From Candidatus Poribacteria bacterium (lineage in GTDB: Bacteria > Poribacteria > WGA-4E > WGA-3G): a DNA stretch of 64,000 nt. The notes under the pieces are model-generated. The model saw only the letters and a program-made list of their open reading frames with translations. It was not told where the DNA came from and ran no database searches. Shown here piece after piece: positions 40,354 to 50,481 of the stretch (its first letter is position 1; the number at the start of each line of letters is the position of its first letter). The DNA lies in NCBI GenBank assembly GCA_965242965.1, contig OZ251518.1:352001-416000 (forward strand). Reading direction: 5' to 3'. A program made the translations under genes and the position numbers.

Positions 40354-42276
40354 CTACGGATAAAATTGATACATCGTCGTATTCAAGAGGACATTCAGTA
40401 AACTCCACATGCTGCCCATAAGATAATCGCCGAGGACGAGCCCGAGGAAAAAGGGAATCACGCGCCGATAACTTTGGATGCCGCCGTGGCGCAGAATCAA
40501 CCATTTTAAGAACAAGGCAATGACGAGCGGTATCCAGAGATCAGACATTTCTTGGTTGCTTGCCATGACGTAGCCGAGCGGATGCAATGGCAGCCAGAAG
40601 AATTTGACGCGCAGATAGGACAATGCCATCATCACCGTAAATCCGATGCCGATGAAAATAACGCCTATCCAGTCCGTGTCAAGTGGATAGGTTATCCAAT
40701 TCGTCAACCGCCCGAAATACTCGCGGCCGTAGCCGAGCGACCAGGGCCCGAAGTAGCCGGAATCCGAGCCGAATTGGTAATAGAGGTGCAGTTGCACCCA
40801 GAAGGCGACGAGGGCACCGAATACGGTTGCGATGAGAATTGTCCAGAGCATTCGCCGTTGCGATATGCGTGCGACTTCGGCAATTTTAAACGCTTCTAGT
40901 TGATGCGGCATCTGTTGCGGACGATAGTCTCGGTTGAAAAAGCACACCGAGAGTGCGGTGAGATTCCGTGCGCCGAGTCGGTGCGTGCCTAGCACGGTGT
41001 TTAAGATGTATCGCGGTGCTTGCCAGTGGTAAGCATGCACAAAAATGCCGGATTCTGCGCGGATGCGCGTCGTCACTATCGGCGTGATGAGGAACAGCAC
41101 GGCGAATACGAACGCCAGCCACACTGCCATCCCTGCCTTGTAAAGCAGAAACGCGAACAACAAGATACCGAGCACAAATCCCCAGACTGCCATCCGATAG
41201 GACATCGGTTCGTCGCGGGCTTGCGTTTGAGCCTCGCGTCCAAGAGAAGTCGCGCTTTTCAACACCGAGCGGAAGTGCCGTTTGCCTGTCCACGCGAAGA
41301 AAAAGCATAACCCGATGAACGCGCCGATAGTCTGCTCGTTGAGATAGGGGAAGTTCGGGATGCTGTGCCATCCTACCGCTCTTGCCAATGCGACTTCGTT
41401 CCGATAGAGGAAATAGAAAAAGGTGGTTGAGAACAGCACGTCTAACGGCATGAGGAACATGATGCCGATGGCGAACGGATAGAAGGCGGTGATAATCGTC
41501 CCATAGAGACTAAACGGCGGCTCGTGAAACGTGAAAAATCGGCGCGTGACAGGGATGTGCGGAATGACCGGGTAGAGATGACTTAATCCGTTAAAGAGAC
41601 TGATACCGGCGGCAATGCTAAACCCTATCCACATCCGTTTATTCCGAAAGAAGCGGGAAGTAGGGTTTGTCATCGCAAGCGGCAGTTGGATGATGGGGAA
41701 CGTGAGGCGTTCGCGTTCTGCCCACTGTCGGCGCAGGATAGTATTGAGGCAGAGAAAGATGAACGCCGTGACGAGGAATAGCAATATCCACGCTGCGACA
41801 ACAGGAACCCACACTCGCAGGTGTTGCGATAGATACAGGCTAGATTCGCCGAGGTAGTAACCGCGCAACGCGTCTCTATCTGAAACGGTGAGCCATTGCG
41901 GGAGGTGATGCCAAAATAGCGTCCGCCATTCGTTTTCTTCCGTGGCGAACCAAGTGCTGTGTCCAAGCACCGACAAGATGGCTTGCAAGACATCGCATCC
42001 GGCTAGAGTTGTGGCGAGGCTGAGCGTGACATAGAGGAATAGCAGTTCGCCTTGTCCGAATGCGAGACTGCTTTTCAGTAGGCGGATAACCCCGTTAATC
42101 AACATCACGGCGGTGAGGATGAAAATCACGTTGGAGAGCGGCACCACCCATGTCGGAAAGGTGTATCGCACCAATTCCATTTGAATGAGGAAATAGCAGT
42201 TGATAGGCGCGGTGATAGCGAAAAGTAGCACGACGCGCCAAGTGAGGGTTCTCTGTTGTGGGGATTTCAATTCCAT
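40354..42276 (-). CDS. Polytopic membrane protein (DUF6785/DUF6784-like putative transporter)
   Basis: ILRRQWAERERLTFPI, TRIRAESG, WLPLHPLGY, PFFLGLVLGD; many TM segments; start position uncertain. Confidence 0.7.
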   Translation of the reverse strand: MELKSPQQRTLTWRVVLLFAITAPINCYFLIQMELVRYTFPTWVVPLSNVIFILTAVMLINGVIRLLKSSLAFGQGELLFLYVTLSLATTLAGCDVLQAILSVLGHSTWFATEENEWRTLFWHHLPQWLTVSDRDALRGYYLGESSLYLSQHLRVWVPVVAAWILLFLVTAFIFLCLNTILRRQWAERERLTFPIIQLPLAMTNPTSRFFRNKRMWIGFSIAAGISLFNGLSHLYPVIPHIPVTRRFFTFHEPPFSLYGTIITAFYPFAIGIMFLMPLDVLFSTTFFYFLYRNEVALARAVGWHSIPNFPYLNEQTIGAFIGLCFFFAWTGKRHFRSVLKSATSLGREAQTQARDEPMSYRMAVWGFVLGILLFAFLLYKAGMAVWLAFVFAVLFLITPIVTTRIRAESGIFVHAYHWQAPRYILNTVLGTHRLGARNLTALSVCFFNRDYRPQQMPHQLEAFKIAEVARISQRRMLWTILIATVFGALVAFWVQLHLYYQFGSDSGYFGPWSLGYGREYFGRLTNWITYPLDTDWIGVIFIGIGFTVMMALSYLRVKFFWLPLHPLGYVMASNQEMSDLWIPLVIALFLKWLILRHGGIQSYRRVIPFFLGLVLGDYLMGSMWSLLNVLLNTTMYQFYP

Positions 42277-42456
42277 CTGTCGCTCGATTTTCGTTGGAGT
42301 GGTTTTCTGAAAACGCAATGTTTTTGATGATAACAGAATTCCATTTGCAATGCAAGTGAAAATGTGGTATGCTATAAATATGAACAGCAATTTTCGGAAT
42401 GGTATCAGCGAACTCGCGCGGGCGAGTCGGCATCGTTTAACGGAGGATTTATTGAT

Positions 42457-42714
42457 GAGGGTGTTTCATAAATACCGAAAGGCATCGAACCCGCCTCTGT
42501 AGTTCGGGAGCGCCCGCTCCCGAACGGGTCAGGATCAGGCGATCCTGACCTACAGGAGGGATGCGGTCTGATAGCCAAACGCATGGCGAGGGCCTGTCCC
42601 TCGTCCTACGTGAAGGGGCGGCGTTTTTTTCATCGTAGCGCGGGGGGCTCGGATGCCACACGCGCCTCCAATCGGGTTTCCCCCGCGACATTGAACGACT
42701 TATGAAACACCCTT
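42457..42714. mobile_element. MITE-like element with 15-bp inverted ends
   Basis: GAGGGTGTTTCATAA ... TTATGAAACACCCTT; GATTTATT at 42446-42453 and 42715-42722. Confidence 0.8.
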
Positions 42715-42722
42715 GATTTATT

Positions 42723-42986
42723 ATGGATTCTGAAACGGTTAAGCGTCGCATCTACGAGACGCTCAAAGCGGGATATTTCAACGATGATGACGATTACGTT
42801 GATGTCTCCAACGGTTCTGGCGATGATATCGAAATTGTCGTCGTCAGCCGAAAATTTGAAGGCCACAATCGATGGAGGCGGGTAGATATTATCCTTGATG
42901 AACTCGTCAAGCACCTGTCGCCGGCGGAATGGGGACATGTGTTCTTCTCTATCGGCGTGCTTCCGGAAGAGGTCCGCTTTTTGTAG
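42723..42986 (+). CDS. Small BolA-like protein
   Basis: 87 aa; 'IEIVVVSRKFEG...RR..I' resembles the BolA core. Confidence 0.55.
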   Translation: MDSETVKRRIYETLKAGYFNDDDDYVDVSNGSGDDIEIVVVSRKFEGHNRWRRVDIILDELVKHLSPAEWGHVFFSIGVLPEEVRFL

Positions 42987-43034
42987 TGGATACGGCGGAT
43001 AATCGAGCCCGGGAGGGCGCGACGAAAGGACAAA

Positions 43035-44738
43035 ATGCACGGCTCAATGATGAACTATCCATTGAATATCGCGCGGATTTTGGAACATGCACGCCGCATC
43101 CACGGCGATAAACGGGTGACGACATACAGTTCCGATGTTCTGCAGAGTTACACTTACGCTGAGTTTTATCGCCGCGTTCAACGGCTGGCGAACGTCCTCA
43201 TCCGGCGCGGTATACGGCCGGGGGATAGGGTGGCGACCTATGCCTTGAATACATATCAGCACTTGGAGCTCTATTATGCGATTCCGTGCATCGGCGCGGT
43301 GCTTCACCCGCTCAACGTCCGCCTCACTGCCGCCCAACTCGCCGAAATCGTGCGAGAGGCAGAGGATAAACTTGTCTTTGTCGATGACAGGTTTGCCTCG
43401 CAGTTTGAAGAACTGCAGGAAGAAATCGGATGCCTACCGAGAATCTTTTGCTCCTCTGAGTCGGACGATTATGAGCCACTTATCGCCGCCGCAGAAGAAA
43501 CGGAAACGTGGGATATTCAGGACGAAAACTGGGCGATGGGACTTTGCTATACGAGTGGAACGAGTGGTGAACCACGCGGTGTCCTCTACACGCACCGCTC
43601 CATGTTCCTTCACACGATGGCGGTGAATCAGGCAGATGTGTTCGGCTTAACGGAGGCGGATGTCGTGCTCCCGCTCGTGCCGATGTTTCACGCGATGGCG
43701 TGGGGATTGCCGTATGCTTCGCTGTTTGTAGGCGCGGATTTGGTGCTACCCGGCGATGCTAAACCTGCGCAGATTGCTGCACTCATCGCTGAAACGGGGG
43801 TAACCGTCGCCGCTGGTGTTCCCACGGTCTGGGGAAAAGTGTATCCCGAATTACAGAAGCGCGCGCGAGATATTGCTTCACTGCGGCTCATCATCGTCGG
43901 TGGGGAAGCGATGCCGATGACGCTCATCAAGGCTTATGAAAAGGAGCTCGGTGTTGAGGTGCGCCACGCCTGGGGGATGACGGAGATGTCGCCGACCGGC
44001 ACGTTATCGACACTCCGCCGCGCACATCAGAACCTGTCTGATACTGAAAAATGGCAGGTGAAGGCACTGCAAGGCAGCCCGGTGCCGGGGGTTGAGATTC
44101 GGCTGGTAGAAGAGAAACGGAGTTCGGATGAACTTACGGGAATGCATCGAGACCGGGAGGTCTCGCCTACTGGGCTGGAGCATTATGATGACGACGCACA
44201 GATCAAAATGCATCGAGACCAGGAGGTCTCGCCTACGGTAGAAGAGAAATGTAGTTCGGATGCACTGCCTTGGGACGGAGAAACGGTAGGCGAGCTGCAG
44301 GTGAGGAGTCCTTGGACAGCGAATAGTTATTACAAAACGGAGCCGATGCCAGAACATTTCACGGCGGACGGATGGTTGCGCACCGGCGATATCGCGACTA
44401 TCAACCCGGAAGGCTATGTGCAGATTGTGGATAGGGCGAAGGCACTCATTCGGAGCGGCGGCGAGTCTATCTCAAGCATCGCATTGGAGACGGCGTTGAT
44501 GGCGCACCCACAGGTGCTTGATGCCGCTGTCATCGGTATCCCTGACGAGCAGTGGGGTGAACGTCCGGTCGCCGTTGTCGTCTGTGAATCTGCGACGGCT
44601 GCGCAACTCAAGGTATGCCTCGCAACCCAATTCCCGAAGTTTTGGATACCAGACCGGTTTATCTTTGTTGATGAGCTCCCGAAAACCAGCGTTGGAAAAT
44701 CTGATAAGCGAGAGATTCGGAGACGAGTTTTATCCTAA
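43035..44738 (+). CDS. Acyl-CoA ligase (AMP-forming) with a 44-aa REP-derived insertion
   Basis: YTSGTSGEPRG, WGMTE, WLRTGD, IRSGGE and LPKTSVGK motifs. Confidence 0.9.
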   Translation: MHGSMMNYPLNIARILEHARRIHGDKRVTTYSSDVLQSYTYAEFYRRVQRLANVLIRRGIRPGDRVATYALNTYQHLELYYAIPCIGAVLHPLNVRLTAAQLAEIVREAEDKLVFVDDRFASQFEELQEEIGCLPRIFCSSESDDYEPLIAAAEETETWDIQDENWAMGLCYTSGTSGEPRGVLYTHRSMFLHTMAVNQADVFGLTEADVVLPLVPMFHAMAWGLPYASLFVGADLVLPGDAKPAQIAALIAETGVTVAAGVPTVWGKVYPELQKRARDIASLRLIIVGGEAMPMTLIKAYEKELGVEVRHAWGMTEMSPTGTLSTLRRAHQNLSDTEKWQVKALQGSPVPGVEIRLVEEKRSSDELTGMHRDREVSPTGLEHYDDDAQIKMHRDQEVSPTVEEKCSSDALPWDGETVGELQVRSPWTANSYYKTEPMPEHFTADGWLRTGDIATINPEGYVQIVDRAKALIRSGGESISSIALETALMAHPQVLDAAVIGIPDEQWGERPVAVVVCESATAAQLKVCLATQFPKFWIPDRFIFVDELPKTSVGKSDKREIRRRVLS

Positions 44739-44764
44739 CCAGAAAGCAAACGGAGGAACCGCTC

Positions 44765-45799
44765 ATGAAAATGAAAGCCGCTATTTACACGGGCATTGAG
44801 CAGATTGCGATTCGGGAGGTGGAACGGAACGAACCCCCACCCGGCTATGTGCTTGTGGATACCAAGCAGACCGGGATTTGTGGCAGTGACTTGCACAGTT
44901 ATTTCGGGCATTGGGGGCAATCGCATGAACACGCCGCTGGCCACGAAACTTGTGGCACAGTCGTCGCACTCGGCGATGACGTTACCGATTTTGAAATCGG
45001 GGACAAGGTCGCGGTGGAATGTTTCTCGCACTGCAGCGCGTGCAAGTATTGCGAGACCGGGCAGTATAACCTCTGCCGGCATCGCGCTTGGATCTCGCCG
45101 AAGATGCACGGTGGTTTCGCCGAATACACGGCAACGCACCACTCTGGGCTGTTTCAACTGCCGGCGACGATGACGTTTGAGGAGGGCGCGCTCGTTGAGC
45201 CGCTTGCTGTATCGCACCGGGCTGTCGCGCGCACCGGTGCGAATTCCCGTGATAGCATCGCCATTATCGGCGGCGGCACCATCGGACAATTCTGTTTGGC
45301 GGATGCCGTTGCCGCGGGGATAAAGGAGACGTTGATTACCGTCAAATATGAACAGCAGGCGGAATTGGCGAGGGCTCTTGGGGCAAACCACGTCGTGAAC
45401 ATCGGTGACACCGATGTGCGCGAGTATGTGAAGGACATCACGGATGGCATCGGTTTTGACGCGGTGGTAGAGACGGTGGGCGGCGCGGAGAATTTCAATA
45501 TCGCTACCACTATCGTGCGGAAACAGGGGGCTGTCGTCCTTGTCGCGGGGTATTACAAACCGCTTGAGGTGAACCTTTCCACTATCGTCTGGTCGGAGGC
45601 GTTTATCACCGGCTCGAACTGTTATGGCTATAGTGGGATGGAAACCGATTTTGAGGCGGCAATCGAACTTATCGCCTCTGGGAAGGTGGATGCGACGAAG
45701 TTGGTAACGCATCGCTATCCGTTTGATGAGATTGAGGAGGCGTTCCGCGTCTCTGCCGATAAAACCTCTGGCGCGATTAAGGTGCATGTGTGTCAGTAG
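44765..45799 (+). CDS. Zinc-dependent medium-chain dehydrogenase (threonine/sorbitol DH-like)
   Basis: GICGSD, GHE, CxxCxxC...C, GGFAEY, LVEPLAV and GGGTIG motifs. Confidence 0.92.
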   Translation: MKMKAAIYTGIEQIAIREVERNEPPPGYVLVDTKQTGICGSDLHSYFGHWGQSHEHAAGHETCGTVVALGDDVTDFEIGDKVAVECFSHCSACKYCETGQYNLCRHRAWISPKMHGGFAEYTATHHSGLFQLPATMTFEEGALVEPLAVSHRAVARTGANSRDSIAIIGGGTIGQFCLADAVAAGIKETLITVKYEQQAELARALGANHVVNIGDTDVREYVKDITDGIGFDAVVETVGGAENFNIATTIVRKQGAVVLVAGYYKPLEVNLSTIVWSEAFITGSNCYGYSGMETDFEAAIELIASGKVDATKLVTHRYPFDEIEEAFRVSADKTSGAIKVHVCQ

Positions 45800-45804
45800 A
45801 AACG

Positions 45805-46230
45805 TCATGGTTCGTAGGGTGAGGGGGGCGTTTTGTTTCGTAGCGCGGGGGCCCTCGGATGCCATACGCGCATGCGAGCGGGTTTCCCCCGCGATCCCCA
45901 TCGTCATGATGTGTGTTCCCCCTTCTGTAGTTTGTGATCGCCTGATCACAAACAGGTCAGGATCAGGCGATCCTGACCTACAGAGGGGAGGAGGTCTGCT
46001 GGCCAAACGCATGGCGAGGGACAGGCCCTCGCCCTACGATGAAGGGGGACCTTCTGCCGCCGCGGCCCCGGTAGGCGCGCCGCCCTATTGCATCGAGACC
46101 GGGAGGTCTCTCCTACAAGAAGGAATCGGGCTCACTCTGTAGTTCGGGAGCGCCCGCTCCCGAACAGGTTAGGATCAGGCGATCCTGACCTACAGAGGTG
46201 ATGACGTTGAGCAATTTATGAAACACCCTG
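45805..46230. repeat. REP/MITE-like composite
   Basis: Shared modules; right end TTATGAAACACCCTG. Confidence 0.8.
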
Positions 46231-46275
46231 GACTAAGTCAAAAACTGAAACGTGCCTCCCCATGCCGCGTCAAAT

Positions 46276-46304
46276 TTGACACTGAATTATGCTGATGCTA
46301 TACT
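46276..46304 (+). promoter_or_regulatory. Sigma70 promoter
   Basis: TTGACA-N17-TATACT. Confidence 0.7.
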
Positions 46305-46329
46305 ATAAACGCGCAGGAGGAAGCAACAG

Positions 46330-46572
46330 ATGAAATTTAGTGAACGGACAAAGGGAGGCGCGTTCAGTGTCGGCGAACTCATTACATGTGATGTCGAAAT
46401 TATGAGCGGCACACCGGTGTTCAAAAACACGCGTGTCCCTATAAAAAACTTAATCGATTATTTGGGGACAGGGGAGAGCCTTGACGAGTTTTTGGAGGAT
46501 TTTCCTTCTGTCACCCGTGAACAAGCTATCCAAACTTTGGAGTTAGCGAAGACTTTTTCCATTGATTTCTAG
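46330..46572 (+). CDS. DUF433 family protein
   Basis: IMSGTPVFKNTRVPI..L.DYL..G.SLDEFLEDFPSV. Confidence 0.88.
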   Translation: MKFSERTKGGAFSVGELITCDVEIMSGTPVFKNTRVPIKNLIDYLGTGESLDEFLEDFPSVTREQAIQTLELAKTFSIDF

Positions 46573-46598
46573 TTATTCGTAATGAGGAGAATACGCTT

Positions 46599-47321
46599 AT
46601 GCCACAGAAGAACCATCAACTCAGTGCGGTGGAGATGGAGCAGTTCAGGAAACAGGGATACCTCGGTCCTTACACCCTCTGCAGTCCTGACGAGATGCGA
46701 GGTATGCAACCCGAAATTGTGAAGGTGCTGGAAACGGACGCGCCAGATCACAGCGCGCGGGAACATAATCGCCATCTCGACTGCGCACTGATTCACGAAC
46801 TCGCCACGCATCCCGCTATTGTCAAACGGATGGCGGCACTCTACGGGCCAGATCTCCTGCTCTGGCGCACCAACTTCTTTGTCAAGGAACCGGGCGCGAA
46901 GGAGATTCCGTGGCACCAAGACTTTAACTATTGGCCCCTTGAGCCGCCTATTATCATCTCGGCGTGGATTGCCGTTGATGCGGCGACGCTGGAAAATAGT
47001 TGCCTCCAGATTATTCCCGGTTCACACCGCAAGGTGGTGCCGCACGTGAAGGCGACATCCGACATGGCATTCGGCCAGATGGGCGACTTGGGGTTTATTG
47101 ATACGGACAGTTGCGTCAATCTGGAGATGCAACCCGGCGAGTTCGTGCTTTTCAACGAGCGGACGCTGCATCATTCCGATGCGAATCGTTCCGATAAACG
47201 GCGCATCGGCTTGGCGGTGCGCGTCATTGTCCCGATTGTCAAAGTGCTGGATTGGGACGCGCCGAAGCACGAACTGATTGTTATCCACGGCGAAGATCCG
47301 GTTCAATTCAATGTCCGATAA
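46599..47321 (+). CDS. Phytanoyl-CoA dioxygenase family protein
   Basis: FFVKEPG, PWHQD, SAWIA, IIPGSH and LHHS..N.S..RR motifs. Confidence 0.9.
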   Translation: MPQKNHQLSAVEMEQFRKQGYLGPYTLCSPDEMRGMQPEIVKVLETDAPDHSAREHNRHLDCALIHELATHPAIVKRMAALYGPDLLLWRTNFFVKEPGAKEIPWHQDFNYWPLEPPIIISAWIAVDAATLENSCLQIIPGSHRKVVPHVKATSDMAFGQMGDLGFIDTDSCVNLEMQPGEFVLFNERTLHHSDANRSDKRRIGLAVRVIVPIVKVLDWDAPKHELIVIHGEDPVQFNVR

Positions 47322-47362
47322 GCGCGATGTCCCATCGTGCAAACTTTCATAAGGAGAGAAAT

Positions 47363-48373
47363 ATGAATCGTCAAATTACCTTAGCCGCACGTCCTGTCGG
47401 CTATCCGAAAACATCTGATTTCAACTTGGTAGAAACCGCGATGCCTACCCCCGGCGAGGGACAGGTATTAGTGAAAAGCCTCTACCTCTCCGTCGATCCT
47501 TATATGCGTGGACGGATTAACCAAGCGAAGTCTTACGCCGCCAATGTCCAAATCGGCGAGGTTATGGTAGGTGGTGTTATCGCCGAGGTCGCGGCATCGA
47601 AGCATGCCGATTTTGAGGTTGGCGATATTGTGAACGCGCACATCGGCTGGCAAGAATACGGTGTCGCGGGAGGCGATGAACTCCGGAAGATCGACCCGGG
47701 CCTCGCGCCTATCTCCACCGGTGCCGGCATCCTCGGTATGCCGGGGTTGACAGCCTACTTCGGTTTGCTGGAAGTCGGCAAGTTGCAAGAAGGCGAGACG
47801 GTGTTCGTCTCTGGCGCGGCAGGCGCAGTCGGATCTGTCGTCGGACAGATTGCGAAGATTAAAGGCTGCCGCGTCATCGGCACCGCGGGGACAGATGAGA
47901 AGGTGGCATATATCCTTGACGAACTCGGTTTTGATGCCGCTTTCAACTACAAAAACGTCGGCGATTACACTGCGAAACTGGCGGAACTTTGTCCCGATGG
48001 CATTGATGTCTATTTTGACAACGTCGGTGGCCGCATTACAGATGCAGTCTTCCCGAATCTGCGTATCAAGGGCCGCGTGGTGATCTGCGGACAGATTTCG
48101 CAGTATAATTTGGAGAATCCGGAGGTGGGTCCGCGTTTCCTGTGGAATCTTATCACGAAGCGTGCGCGGATTGAAGGCTTCCTCGTCTTTGAATTCGCCG
48201 AGCAGCATGCCGAGGCACTCGTCCAGATGGGTGAATGGGTGCAGCAAGGCAAACTGAAATACCGCGAGACGATTGCGGAAGGCGGGATTGCGGCGGCACC
48301 GGCGGCGTTTATTAGCATGCTGAAGGGCGGCAATATCGGCAAACAGTTGGTGAAAATCGCCGAACCGAGTTAA
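47363..48373 (+). CDS. NADP-dependent oxidoreductase (CurA/PGR-like MDR)
   Basis: LSVDPYMRG, GMPGLTAYFG, SGAAGAVGS, YFDNVGG and CGQISQY motifs; AAGGAG SD. Confidence 0.92.
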   Translation: MNRQITLAARPVGYPKTSDFNLVETAMPTPGEGQVLVKSLYLSVDPYMRGRINQAKSYAANVQIGEVMVGGVIAEVAASKHADFEVGDIVNAHIGWQEYGVAGGDELRKIDPGLAPISTGAGILGMPGLTAYFGLLEVGKLQEGETVFVSGAAGAVGSVVGQIAKIKGCRVIGTAGTDEKVAYILDELGFDAAFNYKNVGDYTAKLAELCPDGIDVYFDNVGGRITDAVFPNLRIKGRVVICGQISQYNLENPEVGPRFLWNLITKRARIEGFLVFEFAEQHAEALVQMGEWVQQGKLKYRETIAEGGIAAAPAAFISMLKGGNIGKQLVKIAEPS

Positions 48374-48384
48374 CATCGCGCGTT

Positions 48385-49250
48385 AATTCCGTAGGGCGAG
48401 GGCCTGTCCGAGTTAAATCGCGTCTTAGTCCGTAGGGCGAGGGCCTGTCCCTCGCCAGGCCGGGGGATATGAATACGTGCCTTAGTCCGTAGGGCGAGGG
48501 CCTGTCCCTCGCCATGCCGGAATATGAATGTTCCTCGCCGTGCGGGAGCGTTAAGCGGCGGTTTTCATGATGCGAGAGATCGCGAGGGACAGGCCCTCGC
48601 GCTACGGGAACATCGAGCCGTTGGTGGAACGCGAGGGACAGGCCCTCGCGCTACGGGCCGGGAGGCGGTTATTTGAGGGTGTTTCATATTTCGATGCGTT
48701 CGGTAGGAGAGACCTCCCGGTCTCGATTTCTTCCGGTAGGAGAGACCTCCTGGTCTCAATGTTCCCTCTTTAGGTCCTTTAGGTCCTTAATGTCTATAGA
48801 AATACGTGTCATTACGTTGTCAAGGTCCTTTAGGTCCTTAATAGAGAAACAACGCAGCGTGTCAAAATTTATTAAGGACCTAAAGGACCTTAAATCTTTT
48901 CGTATCGCGGCTGCTATAGACATGCAGGACCTAAAGGACCTGAAGAGGCGTTATTTTCATCGTAGCGCGAGGGCCTGTCCCTCGAGATCTGTCCCGGTAG
49001 GAGAGACCTCCTGGTCTCGATGTTCTTCTGTAGTTTGTGATCGCCTGATCACAAACAGGTCAGGATCAGGCGATCTTGACTTACAGGGCCTGACGCGAGA
49101 GCGATCGCGAGGGACAGGCCCTCGCCCTACGGTAACATCGGGCTGTTTGCAGATCGCGAGGGACAGGCCCTCGCGCTACGGTGAAAGCGCGCCGTTGGTG
49201 GAACGCGAGGGACAGGCCCTCGCGCTACGGGCCGGGAGGAGGTTGTTTCG
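48385..49250. repeat. Long REP/MITE-like composite between convergent genes
   Basis: Shared modules, internal GAGGGTGTTTCATA, TAGGTCC/GGACCTA inverted blocks. Confidence 0.85.
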
Positions 49251-49252
49251 TA

Positions 49253-50197
49253 TCAATACCCCTTCTCCTTATCAATAACGCTGAGCAGGGGTTTGCCGAC
49301 TAGGAGGCGTTCTAGATTATCGCAGAAAAGCCCCACCGTCCGGTCCAGCCGAATTGGAGAGCCACCGGCGACATGCGGCGTGATAATCACGTTCGGCATA
49401 TCCCACAGCGGGCTATCCATTGACAGCGGTTCTTCTGGCGTGACATCTAACCCCGCGCCGCCGATGCTCCCGTTATTAAGCGCGCGGAGAAGTGATGGAC
49501 CGTCGACAATCTTGCCTCGCGTGACGTTAACGAGCAGTGCATGCGATTGCATCGCTTGGAACGCCGCGTCGTCAAACATCCCGTGTGTTTCTGGTGTCAA
49601 CGGCGCGCAAATGGCGACGACATCCGATTGCGCGAGCAGTTCATGGAACCGCTCCATCTGCCACACTTCATGGACGAAGGAAGGGGCATCGACTGTTTCC
49701 GGATCTACGGCGATGACGCGCATATCAAACCCTTGTGCGCGGCGTGCCACGTCAATCCCTGTGCCGCCGAGTCCGACGATGCCGAGGGTGCGTTCGCTCA
49801 GTTCCCATGTTGCGAGTCTGATGGACATGCGGTTGTCCCATGTCCGTTCGCGCACGGAACGTCCGATGCCGCGGAGTAAGCCGAGGATGAGTGCCCACGC
49901 CTGGTCTGCCAGATGCGGTCCGACGAACCCTTTCGCGCTTGTTAAGATGACATGGCTCTGGACAAATTCGGGAAACAGGAGTCCGTCAACGCCTGCGGAA
50001 AGCACTTGCACCCACTTAAGTTGCTCGGCATTCTCAAACAGTGTGCGGTTGAAGCCGCCGAAGACTACCTCGGTATCGCCGATTTCGCGAAGTGCCGCTG
50101 CAGCATTCTCTGCCTCAATGACATGCAATTGTTCGGATACCGCCTCTATCTGCTGTCGGTGTTCCGAGGTTATCTCGGTGTTAATCAAAATCTTCAT
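49253..50197 (-). CDS. D-2-hydroxyacid dehydrogenase
   Basis: SAGVD, GIVGLGGTG, PLTPET, NVTRG, GLDV..EP and TPHVAG motifs. Confidence 0.92.
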   Translation of the reverse strand: MKILINTEITSEHRQQIEAVSEQLHVIEAENAAAALREIGDTEVVFGGFNRTLFENAEQLKWVQVLSAGVDGLLFPEFVQSHVILTSAKGFVGPHLADQAWALILGLLRGIGRSVRERTWDNRMSIRLATWELSERTLGIVGLGGTGIDVARRAQGFDMRVIAVDPETVDAPSFVHEVWQMERFHELLAQSDVVAICAPLTPETHGMFDDAAFQAMQSHALLVNVTRGKIVDGPSLLRALNNGSIGGAGLDVTPEEPLSMDSPLWDMPNVIITPHVAGGSPIRLDRTVGLFCDNLERLLVGKPLLSVIDKEKGY

Positions 50198-50277
50198 TTG
50201 AATTTTCCTCTGTTTGGTGGTATACTATCTAAAATTCAATGGACAACACGTTTTATCGGATGGACCCGAATCGAAAT

Positions 50278-50450
50278 GAGGGTGTTTCATAAATCGCCAT
50301 GCGTTTTGGTGTCAGACCGCATTCCCCTGTAGTTCAGGATCGCCTGATCCTGATCCGTTCGAGATCGGGCGATCTCGAACTACAGAGGTGGGCCCAATGC
50401 CTTTTTCTATCGGTTTTCGCCCATCCCCCAAGGGGGAATAAATACCGAAA
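50278..50450. repeat. Partial REP/MITE-like element
   Basis: Left end GAGGGTGTTTCATAA. Confidence 0.7.
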
Positions 50451-50481
50451 AGTCCATTGTAAAAAAAGGAGAACACTATTT

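Noticed and set aside
44735-46012. Long antisense ORFs (also 47468-48376, 49293-50201 and 30789-31745)
   Set aside because: Opposite-strand shadows of clearly recognisable enzymes
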